Positions 7,318 to 17,990 of a stretch of DNA of 26,576 bases are shown one piece after another; the stretch's first letter is position 1; every line of letters starts with the position of its first letter. Location: IMG/VR virus record IMGVR_UViG_3300018475_000095, one strand, 5' to 3'. The translations under genes were made by a program, and so were the position numbers. Source of the stretch: a virus. Lineage: Duplodnaviria; Heunggongvirae; Uroviricota; Caudoviricetes. A model generated the notes under the pieces. The model was not told where the DNA came from. It saw nothing but the letters and a program-made list of their open reading frames with translations, and ran no database searches.

Positions 7318-7525
7318 CTTTTTTCATTCCTTTATTTAGTTTTTTTATTAATTTTAATTCATAATTATCTGAATATAAATACAGCTTATCATAAGCTTTA
7401 CTTAAATTATTATAATATTGAACTACACCTTTGTTCAACCTATCTTCTACTGCGGCACTAAAAATTTTTTTCTTATCCGGCTCAACATAAGATTTTAGTT
7501 CTTGCAATATATAATTAATCTTCAT
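7310..7525 (-). CDS. Hypothetical protein
   Basis: 71 aa, overlapping its neighbours in the operon. Confidence 0.7.
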   Translation of the reverse strand: MKINYILQELKSYVEPDKKKIFSAAVEDRLNKGVVQYYNNLSKAYDKLYLYSDNYELKLIKKLNKGMKKDE

Positions 7526-7901
7526 ACTTACCTCTATGCTTAAAATTGTAATTTGCTAAAACATCACATAGTTTTTGGTAAGCTTGTTTTACTTTTCTAA
7601 GTTCTCTTGACGAATAACCAATAATTTGTATGGCTTCATCATAAGATTTTCCCTCAATATTCACATACTGATATAATAACAATAAATTCATGGTAGAATA
7701 TAATTCTTCTACTGTAGGAATTTTAATACTTCGACCGCCAAAATATTGGCATAATTTTAACATGTTATCTTTATCTAAAATATAAGGTAACTCTCCAATT
7801 GCTGTATATTCTGGTATCTCAGTCAATTTATATAATGTGAACATTGATAATGAATATATATCTATATCTTGCAATGTTTTTATAGCATCTTTATTCAACA
7901 T
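7515..7901 (-). CDS. Mor-family-like transcription activator
   Basis: LCQYFGGRSIKIPT resembles the Mor/C FGG-x-x-x-IP motif; C-terminus is HTH-like. Confidence 0.55.
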   Translation of the reverse strand: MLNKDAIKTLQDIDIYSLSMFTLYKLTEIPEYTAIGELPYILDKDNMLKLCQYFGGRSIKIPTVEELYSTMNLLLLYQYVNIEGKSYDEAIQIIGYSSRELRKVKQAYQKLCDVLANYNFKHRGKYED

Positions 7902-8742
7902 CTTTATTATCTCCTGGGTTTATTAATAAATCTTCAAAAACAGCGGTATCTATCTCATTCATCATGCATATATGTTTTATATCTTTCGCTATTAAATGCT
8001 TTAATTGATTGCACACTACATTAATATATTCTGTAAGCTCTCGAGGTAAATGCCAAGTTATAGGTGAATTAGCTGCTTCTTGCTTATAAATATCTACTAA
8101 TAACTCATCAATATTTAGTCTATAATTATCCGTACCTTTAGAATATAATCTAGTTTTATTATAATTACTCATTGTTATGCTTCTTAGTAAAGTTATCAAA
8201 CAACTAGTATATATATTATTCAATGTTACATTATCAGATGAGTATGGGCTATCTTCTAGAAATTTTTTTAATGTTCGCGGAATAGAAGACAAACAATTCT
8301 CAACTTCTATTTGGATTAATGGGTTATGTTGATCACTTATAGATCTCGAAGAGTATTCTTTAAAAGCATCTACTGCATCATTTCCTTGAACTTCTGAATC
8401 TATTATCTTATTAAACGCTTCTTGTTGATAATTAACTCTAGCTGGGTATAATATTTTCTTTATAAAATTTAAAACAGATTTAATTTTAGGTAATTTTTTT
8501 GGATCATCATCCGGTAAGAATTGTTTTGGATTTGTCAATCTTAAGAATGTCTGCGTAGCCCCATAGATACTGTAATTTTTATAATCCTCAATGGAATTAA
8601 AAAATTTTTTCTTATAGGATAGCGCATAAAACAATTTATATAAATAATCAAATATGATATCTGCATCATAATTGTCCGTATATATTCATTTATCAATATA
8701 AATGCACATATCGGTGTATTTCATTTTTGGCTCTTTTTTCAT
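7891..8742 (-). CDS. Hypothetical protein (283 aa) with an in-frame TGA at codon 19
   Basis: ATG overlaps the sbcC stop (TAATG). MKKEPKMKYTDMCIYIDK[TGA 8686-8688]IYTDNYDADIIFDYLYKLFYALSY continues into ORF 7891..8634. Confidence 0.75.
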
Positions 8743-10613
8743 TACATTATCTCACTTATACCATTTACATTTTTAACAATTTTTAATTCTAAATCACAAG
8801 GTATTAATAAATCATCAGAATGATGGGTTATTATAAATATACTTTCAACATCAGTTAACTTAGTAGTTATTAATTCAATTATTTTATCGCATCCTATTGA
8901 ATCTAAATTATCAAATACCTCATCTAAGGCTAATATATTAGATCTAAATCCTAGAAAATGCACTAGCATATCTCTTATTGAAAATTGAATAATAATATCT
9001 AATCTTTGTTTTTCTCCTCCACTTAGACTTTCATAGGATTTATTGTTATATGAAATATCTATATTATTTCCATTTAAGCAAAATGATAAATTTTGAGATC
9101 CAAAAACATTCTGTGAGTATTCTTTACATTTGGTGTCTATGAATGCAATGATCTCTGATAAAAGGAATCCTCTAAAATCTCTAGTGGCTATCGTTATCAT
9201 TTTATTTATAACTATTAATCTTGATGATATATCTTCTTTTTCTATATTATTATACAGTATTTTTTCCGATAATTCTTCTAGTGTTATTTTTATATTTTGA
9301 ATACTTTTTTCAAGTTTTTCTTTATTATTCAAGAAATTATCTCTGCTATTTATTAAAGTTTGTTTCTGGATCTTCAAATCAGAAATGGATTTAATTATCT
9401 TATCTCTATATTCAATTGCATTGTCATAAATTTGTCTACAGGATTGACCTTCTTTTAACAATTCATCTTTTAATTGGTTATAAGATTCTTGTAATACTGC
9501 AATTTCTTTATTTTCATTTTCTTTACTTAATTCAAGTGCAGATAAAAGTCTATTATCCTCTAATTTAAGTTTATCTAACTTTTCTTCTAAGTCAGTAGTA
9601 TCTATTTTGTGAACATCTGGTAATTTTTGACCACAAGTTGGGCATGTGTCCTTTATGGCTTTTGCTTTACGTATATTTTCTTCTAATAAACTAATTTGAC
9701 TACCAATGTTATACCTTTCTTTTACAAGCTCATTTCTATCATATTTAGTTGCAATATCCAATTGTTTACTTTTTAATTCACTATCTAATGAAGAATATTT
9801 TACTTTACTCTCCTGTAAATTATCATTAGCATCATTAACTTTTTTCTCTGCTAGACTCAATTCTGACTCTTGAAATGATATGTTTATATCTAGATCTGCT
9901 ATTTCATTATTAAAGTCTATGCAAGAGGTATCATCATATAATCTTTCTAACTCTTTAGTTGATTTTTCTAGCTCAAATTCATAAACAGATTTTTTACTTT
10001 CTAATTCTAATAATGTGTCTTCTACATTTCTTAGATTCGTAGATAAACTAGATTTCCTATTTGAAAGCTTATCTTTGATATCCTCTATCATAAAATCTGA
10101 TTTAGATAATTTTTCTAATATTTCTTTTCTTCCTGATGGTGTGTTATTTGTAAATTTCTGCGGAAGACCTTGTCCTAATATTATAACTGAACCGAGTAAA
10201 TTTATATCAATATCAGGTAATATGTCGCTAAGAATTTTCTGCGTATCGCGGATACCCTTTCCTGATATATCATTATTGTTTTTTAATACTTTTAAATTAG
10301 TGCCGAATTCTTTATCATCTTTATACCTAATTACTATGTAAGAATCAGAATCAATTTCGAAATTAACTTTTACAGAAGCGCCGCCTACTGCGTACTTATT
10401 AACAATATCTTTACATCCTCTCAAAGTTTCCCCAGTTAACGCCCATATAATAGCTTCTAATAAAGAACTTTTGCCGCTTCCATTGCTCTTCGATCCGGAA
10501 TCCATTTCATTCTTACCTGATATACTAACGAATCCGAGCTTTTGCAAATTAATATCTACTTGTCCTAATGACATGAAATTTTTAATTGATACTGATCTAA
10601 ATACTAAATTCAT
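8742..10613 (-). CDS. sbcC: SbcC/Rad50-like SMC ATPase (recombination nuclease subunit)
   Basis: Walker A NGSGKSS, Q-loop LGQG, zinc hook CPTCGQ, signature LSGGE, Walker B LDEVFD, H-loop ITH. Confidence 0.92.
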   Translation of the reverse strand: MNLVFRSVSIKNFMSLGQVDINLQKLGFVSISGKNEMDSGSKSNGSGKSSLLEAIIWALTGETLRGCKDIVNKYAVGGASVKVNFEIDSDSYIVIRYKDDKEFGTNLKVLKNNNDISGKGIRDTQKILSDILPDIDINLLGSVIILGQGLPQKFTNNTPSGRKEILEKLSKSDFMIEDIKDKLSNRKSSLSTNLRNVEDTLLELESKKSVYEFELEKSTKELERLYDDTSCIDFNNEIADLDINISFQESELSLAEKKVNDANDNLQESKVKYSSLDSELKSKQLDIATKYDRNELVKERYNIGSQISLLEENIRKAKAIKDTCPTCGQKLPDVHKIDTTDLEEKLDKLKLEDNRLLSALELSKENENKEIAVLQESYNQLKDELLKEGQSCRQIYDNAIEYRDKIIKSISDLKIQKQTLINSRDNFLNNKEKLEKSIQNIKITLEELSEKILYNNIEKEDISSRLIVINKMITIATRDFRGFLLSEIIAFIDTKCKEYSQNVFGSQNLSFCLNGNNIDISYNNKSYESLSGGEKQRLDIIIQFSIRDMLVHFLGFRSNILALDEVFDNLDSIGCDKIIELITTKLTDVESIFIITHHSDDLLIPCDLELKIVKNVNGISEIM

Positions 10614-10621
10614 AATATCTC

Positions 10622-11674
10622 CTATAAATTTTTTAATTCATCTATCAAAATATCAGACTTTTCAATGCTATCCAATACATATTCTTTAAATTTAGTTACA
10701 TGATCAACTGCTGGTGATAAAGATTGAATCTGAGAATATGATCCTACATTGAAAGGCACCGATAGTAGCCTGAAACAAATTATATTAGAATTTTGTGCTA
10801 TCATTTCTCGTATGCTATGAATATCTTTATCAAACACCCTTACAGTTACTATAGCATTATTACAATTTTTTAAAATTTGCTCCCAATTATTTTCTGTAAA
10901 GTCTAATTTATAAAAATTAAAAGCATATGGATTATTTATTAAATCTATTTTTAAAGTGTCAGTATCCAATATCCCGATACAATGTGAATGCTTAAACCCA
11001 TCTTCGCTAAAATTTTGGCCAGTTAAATTTCCTAAATTTAAAATTTTATTATTTATTTGTGCTTGATTATGCAAATGTCCATTTACAAAAAGGGAACAAT
11101 GATTACATATTTCTTCAATATGGAATCCTGACTTAGATATAAATTGACCATATTGAATTCCAGCTATATCATTATGTGATAGAATAATTCTTTTTTTAAC
11201 TTCTTGAGTTGTAACCATCCCTGCATAATATTCATTCTGGGTTTCTTTAATATATTCTGCTAAAGGTTTACGGTTACTATCTATAATATACGGCAAATAA
11301 AATAATTCGTATCCATATCCGCAATCGATAGTTGGTTTATCTATAACTTGACCATACTTAGAAAGCGCTTTTGTAGAACTATATAAATTTTCTTGACTGC
11401 CTAACTCATGATTTCCTACTAAAAAAACATGCTCAATTTCTGAATTCCAATTTATTTCTGATAGAGCTGTTAGCTCTTCTGCTTTCAAATCTGGTGAATC
11501 AAAAAAATCTCCTAAGCAGATTATTTTAGAGCAATTAAAATCTTTAGCTACTTTTTCCACCCAATTCAAACTTTCTATCTGGTTCTCCAACCTCTTCGAA
11601 TACTTCTGTCCTCTTTCGCGTAATATACTTGAATATGTACAAAAATGATTATCTGTGTATACTAATATTTTCAT
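10622..11674 (-). CDS. sbcD: SbcD/Mre11-like nuclease
   Basis: TDNH, LGDFFD, GNHE, SH and GHLH motifs; adjacent to sbcC. Confidence 0.9.
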   Translation of the reverse strand: MKILVYTDNHFCTYSSILRERGQKYSKRLENQIESLNWVEKVAKDFNCSKIICLGDFFDSPDLKAEELTALSEINWNSEIEHVFLVGNHELGSQENLYSSTKALSKYGQVIDKPTIDCGYGYELFYLPYIIDSNRKPLAEYIKETQNEYYAGMVTTQEVKKRIILSHNDIAGIQYGQFISKSGFHIEEICNHCSLFVNGHLHNQAQINNKILNLGNLTGQNFSEDGFKHSHCIGILDTDTLKIDLINNPYAFNFYKLDFTENNWEQILKNCNNAIVTVRVFDKDIHSIREMIAQNSNIICFRLLSVPFNVGSYSQIQSLSPAVDHVTKFKEYVLDSIEKSDILIDELKNL

Positions 11675-12580
11675 CTATAACATGTTAACTAAAATGTAAT
11701 CAATGATATTACTTTCAGCTATCTCCCCATTTTTTAATTTATATTCTAATTTTGTTATAATATTAAAAGCATTTACAAGCTGGTCTCTACTGTAGTACCC
11801 GCATTTTTTCTTGAGCATGTATAAGTACCCTGGTTTTATATTCAGATCTTCTGCTGTTATATTTTTATTAAATTGAACGTTTAATATTAATCTGATATTT
11901 CTATATAATAATGTTATTACACCTAATGGTTCTATATCTATATACTTAATATTTTCTAGTATTCTAGCTATTGTTGATTTATCTTTAATCATTATAGCTT
12001 CAATGAATGATAATATTGTGTCGGTGGATAAATCGCTAAATATTCCATCTAGCATAAATTCATCAAAAAGCTGAGGATGGCGTTTTTCTGGAAATAGTTT
12101 TAATTTATCTATCTCTTCCTGAATTCTATACATATTATTATTACAAGCATCTATGAGCCATTTTCTTTGAGCTGGCTTTAAATAAGGAGTTTGCAATTCT
12201 ACATATTCATCTATGTGTTTAGGTTGAACTTTAGGTGCTTTAATTATACTATCACTTAGTAAGTTTGCGGTGTCAGTATCAGTTATCTTAGATGTCACAA
12301 TTATTAAGTTTTTTTCTCTTATTATACTTTTATCTGAGCACTTAAAATCATCGCATTTGTATACTAAAAGTTCTGAATTCAAAATAGAATTATTAAATAT
12401 ATCTTCAAAATCATTTATTATATATTCTAATGAATCAATATATCTTATGCATAATTTTTTTTGATTAGCTATTGTTGTTATATAATGATCAACTAAAAAT
12501 ATATCCCAGTTCTCAAAAACCAGGATAGAATCAGATAACATATTGTTTTCTATAAACTTCTTTAACTTTTTAAATTCCAT
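11675..12580 (-). CDS. holA: Clamp loader delta subunit (HolA-like)
   Basis: NNMYRIQEEIDKLKL and C-terminal KLEYKLKNG resemble HolA; size ~300 aa; next to holB and dnaX. Confidence 0.65.
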   Translation of the reverse strand: MEFKKLKKFIENNMLSDSILVFENWDIFLVDHYITTIANQKKLCIRYIDSLEYIINDFEDIFNNSILNSELLVYKCDDFKCSDKSIIREKNLIIVTSKITDTDTANLLSDSIIKAPKVQPKHIDEYVELQTPYLKPAQRKWLIDACNNNMYRIQEEIDKLKLFPEKRHPQLFDEFMLDGIFSDLSTDTILSFIEAIMIKDKSTIARILENIKYIDIEPLGVITLLYRNIRLILNVQFNKNITAEDLNIKPGYLYMLKKKCGYYSRDQLVNAFNIITKLEYKLKNGEIAESNIIDYILVNML

Positions 12581-13389
12581 TACTTAGATAATCCTTGTTT
12601 TATTTCAAATAATTTATTTTCAAATAAATACTTTTTATTTATATATGGCAAATTTAACTCTTGAATAAGAGTATTGAAAGAAACATACATAAAGTAATAC
12701 TTATCAGTGTACTCTTTTCGCAATCTCTGTCGTAAATTATATACAATCAATGAAGTTAAAACATCGAGTGAATATTTATTTTTTTCATCCTCGAATGCAA
12801 TGCTATCTGATATCTTTAACGCATTATAATAAGGAACAGAAGCTAAATTATCAATTATTTTATTGGTAAATTCTAAAGCATCTGAGAGCTTTTCTCCCTT
12901 TATTTCCCTTATTTGCCCAGGTGTTTTAGCAATATCTAATATTAATTTATTATCACAGTCTAAATCAATAAATTTACCCAAGATCTCTTTAGAATAGATA
13001 TTCATAAAAAGTTTAAAGCATCTGTTATGTATAGTTGGCAACAATTGGTTGGTGTTCTCGCATAGAATAATTATAAAAGAATTTTGAAGTGGCTCTTCTA
13101 TAAATTTTAATAATATACTTTGTTCTTTATCAACTTTATTCTTCGCTGTGATTATATTCATATCTATAATGTATAAATATGGTTCAACTCGCTTATATAT
13201 CTCTTCTAGTTTATCTATATTTATACTTTTTGAAATATTTTCTATCGGTAGATTAAACTTAGTAGAAATATAGTCACAAATCATATGTTTGCCACTGCCT
13301 TTTAACCCTTGTAGCAATATACTTTTTGGAAAAGATTCTAACGAAAATGAATCTATAATTTGTATTAAACTCTCTTGCCCTAAGATCAT
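12580..13389 (-). CDS. holB: Clamp loader delta-prime subunit (HolB-like)
   Basis: ILGQE, GLKGSGKH, LLKFIEEP and LLPTIHNRC (SRC-like) motifs. Confidence 0.78.
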   Translation of the reverse strand: MILGQESLIQIIDSFSLESFPKSILLQGLKGSGKHMICDYISTKFNLPIENISKSINIDKLEEIYKRVEPYLYIIDMNIITAKNKVDKEQSILLKFIEEPLQNSFIIILCENTNQLLPTIHNRCFKLFMNIYSKEILGKFIDLDCDNKLILDIAKTPGQIREIKGEKLSDALEFTNKIIDNLASVPYYNALKISDSIAFEDEKNKYSLDVLTSLIVYNLRQRLRKEYTDKYYFMYVSFNTLIQELNLPYINKKYLFENKLFEIKQGLSK

Positions 13390-13391
13390 TG

Positions 13392-14411
13392 TTATTTACC
13401 TCTTGCTATCTGTAGAAACACGATTTCGATAGTGGATTGAATGTTCGTATCATTTTTAATTAGTTGTTTTAATGATAACAATTTATCTAATATATATTGA
13501 AAGTATTTTTGCGCATTTTCAATAGCTAATATATTTTTTATATCAGATTCTAAGCTAGACGGAATTGATGTCACTGTCAATTTTTTGAATATATGATATT
13601 TTAAAACATCTAATATAAAATCTATATACCTGTCTAAAAATATTTTCATGTCTGGGTAACTATTATCAATATCTTTCATACTATCGATAATTATATCTAT
13701 CCTGCCATCTATAAAAGCATTTGTTATTTTTATTAGCAAAGAAAATGGGGCAGCTCCTAAGATTGGGAGGGTATTTGATATATCTAAATCCAATGAGAAA
13801 GCTGCGCATTTCTCAAGCATAGATATAGCTGTTCGCATACTTCCATCACTTATTTTAGATATATAATTTATAGTGTCCTCGAAATTTTTAAAATTTTCTA
13901 ATTTACAAATTTGATCTAATCTGTAACAAATATTTTCTTCGCTAATTCTAGATATATTAAATCTTTGAACTCTGTTTAGAATGGTAGATGGTATTTTTTG
14001 CGCATCAGTTGTGCATAAAATAAATATTGTAAACTCTGGAGGTTCTTCTAAACATTTCAACATAACTTGCCATGCTTGATTTGATAAAGCATGGACTTCG
14101 TCAATTATAAAAATTTTATATTTATAATCAATTGACCTTTCTTGAGCTGATTTTATTATAGATCGCATTTTTTCTGCGCTGCTGTTTGATGCAGCGTCAA
14201 TCTCAATATAAGAGTCTGGAGCTTTGTTTATTTCAGTAGCTAATAGTCTAGAAGCTGTAGTCTTACCAGCTCCAGTGATACCTGTAAATAAATATGCATT
14301 TTTAATCATTCCTGTTTCAATTTGTTTTGTTAATATTTTAACAACAGATGATTGACCTATAACTTCTTCCCATTTTTTAGGTCGATATTTTACTGCTAAT
14401 GATTGTGCCAT
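13392..14411 (-). CDS. dnaX: Clamp loader ATPase, gamma-like (DnaX)
   Basis: LAVKYRP, GITGAGKTT, EIDAAS, IIDEVH, LKCLEEPP, TILNR and GSMR motifs. Lacks the tau C-terminal extension. Confidence 0.9.
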   Translation of the reverse strand: MAQSLAVKYRPKKWEEVIGQSSVVKILTKQIETGMIKNAYLFTGITGAGKTTASRLLATEINKAPDSYIEIDAASNSSAEKMRSIIKSAQERSIDYKYKIFIIDEVHALSNQAWQVMLKCLEEPPEFTIFILCTTDAQKIPSTILNRVQRFNISRISEENICYRLDQICKLENFKNFEDTINYISKISDGSMRTAISMLEKCAAFSLDLDISNTLPILGAAPFSLLIKITNAFIDGRIDIIIDSMKDIDNSYPDMKIFLDRYIDFILDVLKYHIFKKLTVTSIPSSLESDIKNILAIENAQKYFQYILDKLLSLKQLIKNDTNIQSTIEIVFLQIARGK

Positions 14412-14809
14412 TATATATCTAACTCCTTCAATATCTTTAGTGATTTTTTAGGACACCAACCTATCCATTCAGAATTTAAATCAATATTTAATTTTATATC
14501 ATATCCAACACCTTTAATCTTTACCATTTTGCCAAGATCTTGAAGCGTTAGAATTTTCATATATTTATCTGATGGTTTTATATTATTATTCCAATTAGCA
14601 TGAAGAGTAAAACCATTTGGTTCATTTAAAATATAATCTGCTAATTCTACAATATACATTCTTCCAAGATGAACTACATCAGTATCAGTTATATTTGCAG
14701 CTGCAGCATGAGTATATTTTGGAATTACAATATGAGTTGTATTGGAATCAAAATTTGGTATCTGCGCTAATTTGACAGACTTTAACTGCTGCTCTATGAT
14801 TTTATTCAT
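14411..14809 (-). CDS. Hypothetical protein
   Basis: 132 aa with TAATG overlaps. Confidence 0.75.
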   Translation of the reverse strand: MNKIIEQQLKSVKLAQIPNFDSNTTHIVIPKYTHAAAANITDTDVVHLGRMYIVELADYILNEPNGFTLHANWNNNIKPSDKYMKILTLQDLGKMVKIKGVGYDIKLNIDLNSEWIGWCPKKSLKILKELDI

Positions 14810-15459
14810 TACATCCTTTCCGATATGAAGGTAGCTGCCATGTCAGCTAAGTGCAATAAAACTGCTAATGAGAATTTATTATAAATAGGAGTTAAGTCAA
14901 CTTGCGCAGAATCATGACCTTTACCTCCCATGTGATGTAAAATTGCAACTTCTTCCTCTAATGATAAAGGCATAAATTGCGAAACCATGAAAACTGAATT
15001 TTGTTCGTGATTTCCATATAGAAATCTTTCTTTAGCATCTCGTGTTTTTATAAAAGGTACTTTTGTCCAATTACCATTAGCATCTTTTACATTTCTCTCA
15101 GCAGTCTCATAAAAATTCATTTTACTAATATCATGTAATAATGCTGTTATAATTAAGCTATCATCAGAAAAAGGTTGTTTATATCCTTCTATAAATTTCA
15201 TTTCTCCAGTTTCATCTGGTTGAAATTTTGGATATTCAATCTTGATTAAATTGCAAAGTTGATCATATACGTTTAATGAATGTTCACATAGACCACCTTT
15301 ATATCCGCAATGATATTGAGTACTAGCTGGCGCTATAAAGAAATCAGAATTTTCTAATTTTTTAATAAGAGCTTGTATGTCTGCTCCCTCTCTTTTTATA
15401 CTGTTTAATAAATTAATAAATCTTTCTTTATTTTCTAATATTTTATTTTCGTCTAACAT
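14809..15459 (-). CDS. HD-domain phosphohydrolase
   Basis: YH...GGLCEHSLNV, LLHDISK, ILHHMG and LHLAD motifs. Confidence 0.88.
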   Translation of the reverse strand: MLDENKILENKERFINLLNSIKREGADIQALIKKLENSDFFIAPASTQYHCGYKGGLCEHSLNVYDQLCNLIKIEYPKFQPDETGEMKFIEGYKQPFSDDSLIITALLHDISKMNFYETAERNVKDANGNWTKVPFIKTRDAKERFLYGNHEQNSVFMVSQFMPLSLEEEVAILHHMGGKGHDSAQVDLTPIYNKFSLAVLLHLADMAATFISERM

Positions 15460-15476
15460 TTTTATTCTCCTTTAAA

Positions 15477-15926
15477 TTATACTATATATACATTATTTAA
15501 ATTTTTTAAATATATTTCACATAATGGTTTGACATCTTCTTCCCAATCTAGCCCGCCGCATCCGCATCCAGGCCTTGGTAAATAAATCTGTTTATCTGGG
15601 TATAATCTTGCGATAGCACTTAGATGAATCAAACTATCTGCTATAATAGATAAGTCAGATGATTCCCATACTTTATCTTTTGTAGGAAATCTAATCATTA
15701 ATGCTTTAGAAACAGAGTCAATTCCTAAAATATAATTATTTTTCAATATGCACGCACCGCATGTTAACTCTAATCCAGGGTTTCTCATAACAGCTTCTTT
15801 TGCAATGCCTGCTCCCATGATATTTTTTCCATTTTTGAGAACTACATTATTTGTCAATATGCATACAGCAGAAGTATCATCTAATAAGTCCCAAACATTA
15901 CCTTGTATTTCTTTCATATTATTCAC
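15477..15926 (-). CDS. Macro-domain (ADP-ribose binding/hydrolase)-like protein
   Basis: GN.WD, TN, MGAGIAK, FPTK and LPRPGCGCGGLDW motifs. Confidence 0.8.
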   Translation of the reverse strand: MNNMKEIQGNVWDLLDDTSAVCILTNNVVLKNGKNIMGAGIAKEAVMRNPGLELTCGACILKNNYILGIDSVSKALMIRFPTKDKVWESSDLSIIADSLIHLSAIARLYPDKQIYLPRPGCGCGGLDWEEDVKPLCEIYLKNLNNVYIV

Positions 15927-15957
15927 CTCAAATATTTATACAGTAAAAAAGAGATGA

Positions 15958-16323
15958 CTAATCATCTCTTTTTATTTTTCCTAATAAAATATCCATCATT
16001 TCTTCAGAAATTATATAATAATTTTTTGAATTTGGACCAAAACTTATTGCTAACGCGCTATAAGGCTTGCCCATAAATAACGCTTCTTTTTCATTTTTAT
16101 CAATCCAATCTCTTTTTACTGATATAGACTGTGAATCCGATACTTTTGTTTTACATTCAATCAATATATCATCTAGCAATATATCCCCTTTCTGGAACAT
16201 TGTCGCTCCGCTATTCAATGTTTTCTTGCCATTGAATGCTTTTGCAACTTTTGTTTCTTGCATATTACTGTAATATCGAGTTGGTTTTATTGATTGATTG
16301 TGAGATGTTTCAAATAAGCCCAT
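15958..16323 (-). CDS. Hjc-like PD-(D/E)XK nuclease, putative Holliday junction resolvase
   Basis: QE..VA, SGA, KGDI and IECKT motifs; directly downstream of recA. Confidence 0.65.
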   Translation of the reverse strand: MGLFETSHNQSIKPTRYYSNMQETKVAKAFNGKKTLNSGATMFQKGDILLDDILIECKTKVSDSQSISVKRDWIDKNEKEALFMGKPYSALAISFGPNSKNYYIISEEMMDILLGKIKRDD

Positions 16324-17492
16324 TATTCTTCATCCTTACTTTCTGAAGGTAATGATTTATTTAGCTGAGCTTCAACTGATTCTTCTTGTTGTTTAATTTC
16401 AGCTTGTTCTCTAGCATCTAGAACATTTCCATATGAATCGGCTGATTTAAAAATAAATTTATTTAGCATTGCGATATAATCTTTTTGGAATTCAATATTT
16501 GTTTTAATATACTCTTCTAAGTCTTTTCTCTTACCAGTAAGTTCTTTACCATCAGGTGTTTTATATATTTCACCAGTCTCAAGATCTACTAACTGATAAG
16601 TTACATTATTAACTCTATGAATAAAGTCAAATTTATATGCTATTTCAAGTAAATCTTCTAACCACATCAGACCTTTTTCGTAATTGAATGAGATAAAACC
16701 ACCACCTCTAGCAATTGAACCACATTTTTGTTTAGTGATAGCAAATTTTAGTCTGAATCCTTCAGCACCTTCTCCATCACTGCAGTCTACTTTATCGCCT
16801 TTAATAAAAGTTCTAGTTCCGAATCTAACTTTAATAGATGAATAATATTGAGGAGCTTGACCACCAGGTTCTGAATAAATTGGTGCACCTGTAAATGTAG
16901 TTCCTGATACCCTAACTTGATTAACCATTATAAATATATTATTCGTTCTATTCACTAAAGCACTCATAGCAATCAAGAATCTATGCAGTGATTTAGCAAT
17001 TGTACCTCTCATACCAGGGTCTTTTGTCATATCATTTTCAACAGATTGCGCTGGCATTAATGCAGGTATAGAATCAAGAACAATCATACCAATATCTTCT
17101 TGTTTTTGAAAATCTAATATAGCATCTAAAATTTGCTCACCTGTTAAAGATGTTGGATTAAAATAAATCATTCTTTCTGGATCTAGGCCAGTCATTCTAG
17201 ATTGAAATTGAATATCTAAAGAGTGCTCTAAATCTACATAAACACATATTTTTTCCGGTTCTAATCTTTGATAAGCAGCCATTGCTACACAAGCAGCGCA
17301 AGTTTTTCCAGAGTGAAATAAACCTGCAAATGTATGAATTCTGCCTCTAACTAAACCACCTTGTAAAGGGTAATCTAGTCCAAAAGCACCTGTTGCCATT
17401 CTTTCATAATCTGGTGATATACTTGCTTTAATCGCTAATTTGTCATCATGGTAATCTCTATTTAATTTTTTTGCTAATTCTAATACTCCCAT
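16323..17492 (-). CDS. recA: RecA/UvsX-like recombinase
   Basis: GGLVRGRI, Walker A GLFHSGKT, YVDLEHSLD, IVLDSIPAL, VNQVR and PGG motifs. Confidence 0.9.
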   Translation of the reverse strand: MGVLELAKKLNRDYHDDKLAIKASISPDYERMATGAFGLDYPLQGGLVRGRIHTFAGLFHSGKTCAACVAMAAYQRLEPEKICVYVDLEHSLDIQFQSRMTGLDPERMIYFNPTSLTGEQILDAILDFQKQEDIGMIVLDSIPALMPAQSVENDMTKDPGMRGTIAKSLHRFLIAMSALVNRTNNIFIMVNQVRVSGTTFTGAPIYSEPGGQAPQYYSSIKVRFGTRTFIKGDKVDCSDGEGAEGFRLKFAITKQKCGSIARGGGFISFNYEKGLMWLEDLLEIAYKFDFIHRVNNVTYQLVDLETGEIYKTPDGKELTGKRKDLEEYIKTNIEFQKDYIAMLNKFIFKSADSYGNVLDAREQAEIKQQEESVEAQLNKSLPSESKDEE

Positions 17493-17493
17493 A

Positions 17494-17988
17494 TTATTCT
17501 CCTAAGCTTTCATTCATTCCTATAGATAGTTTTGCTTCTTGCATTCGAGACATTAGCACCGATTTTAAAGCATCAACTACTCTATGGCATTCATCTAATT
17601 TTAATTTAAGCATTGTATGAACTTCGTTGTATACCGCTTCTGCTAAATTCTGATAACTGCTTTCTAGTAAAGCAGTATTCTGTTTGAATGCAACTGTACC
17701 ATCTGTTTCGTTAAATTTTTTTGCATATACTTCATCTTTTAATTGTTCTGCGCAAACAGATTGCAAAGATGCTTTTTCTTTTATCTCTCCTAAAGTATAA
17801 GATTTCAAAGAAATTTTCAATATAAGTAATCGTATATCTTCTAACGATAAGTTATTTACATTTGATTCTGCACCTTTAATTAATGTATCAATTTCTAAAG
17901 TTATTGGTTTAACCAAACTATCAGCAACTTGCATAAGATCAGAATAAACTAAACTTACGTTATCTAAAGCTTCATTTAATTTTTTCAT
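17494..17988 (-). CDS. Helical protein, possibly a UvsY-like recombination mediator
   Basis: 164-aa helical ORF between recU and recA; function inferred from position only. Confidence 0.55.
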   Translation of the reverse strand: MKKLNEALDNVSLVYSDLMQVADSLVKPITLEIDTLIKGAESNVNNLSLEDIRLLILKISLKSYTLGEIKEKASLQSVCAEQLKDEVYAKKFNETDGTVAFKQNTALLESSYQNLAEAVYNEVHTMLKLKLDECHRVVDALKSVLMSRMQEAKLSIGMNESLGE

Positions 17989-17990
17989 TT

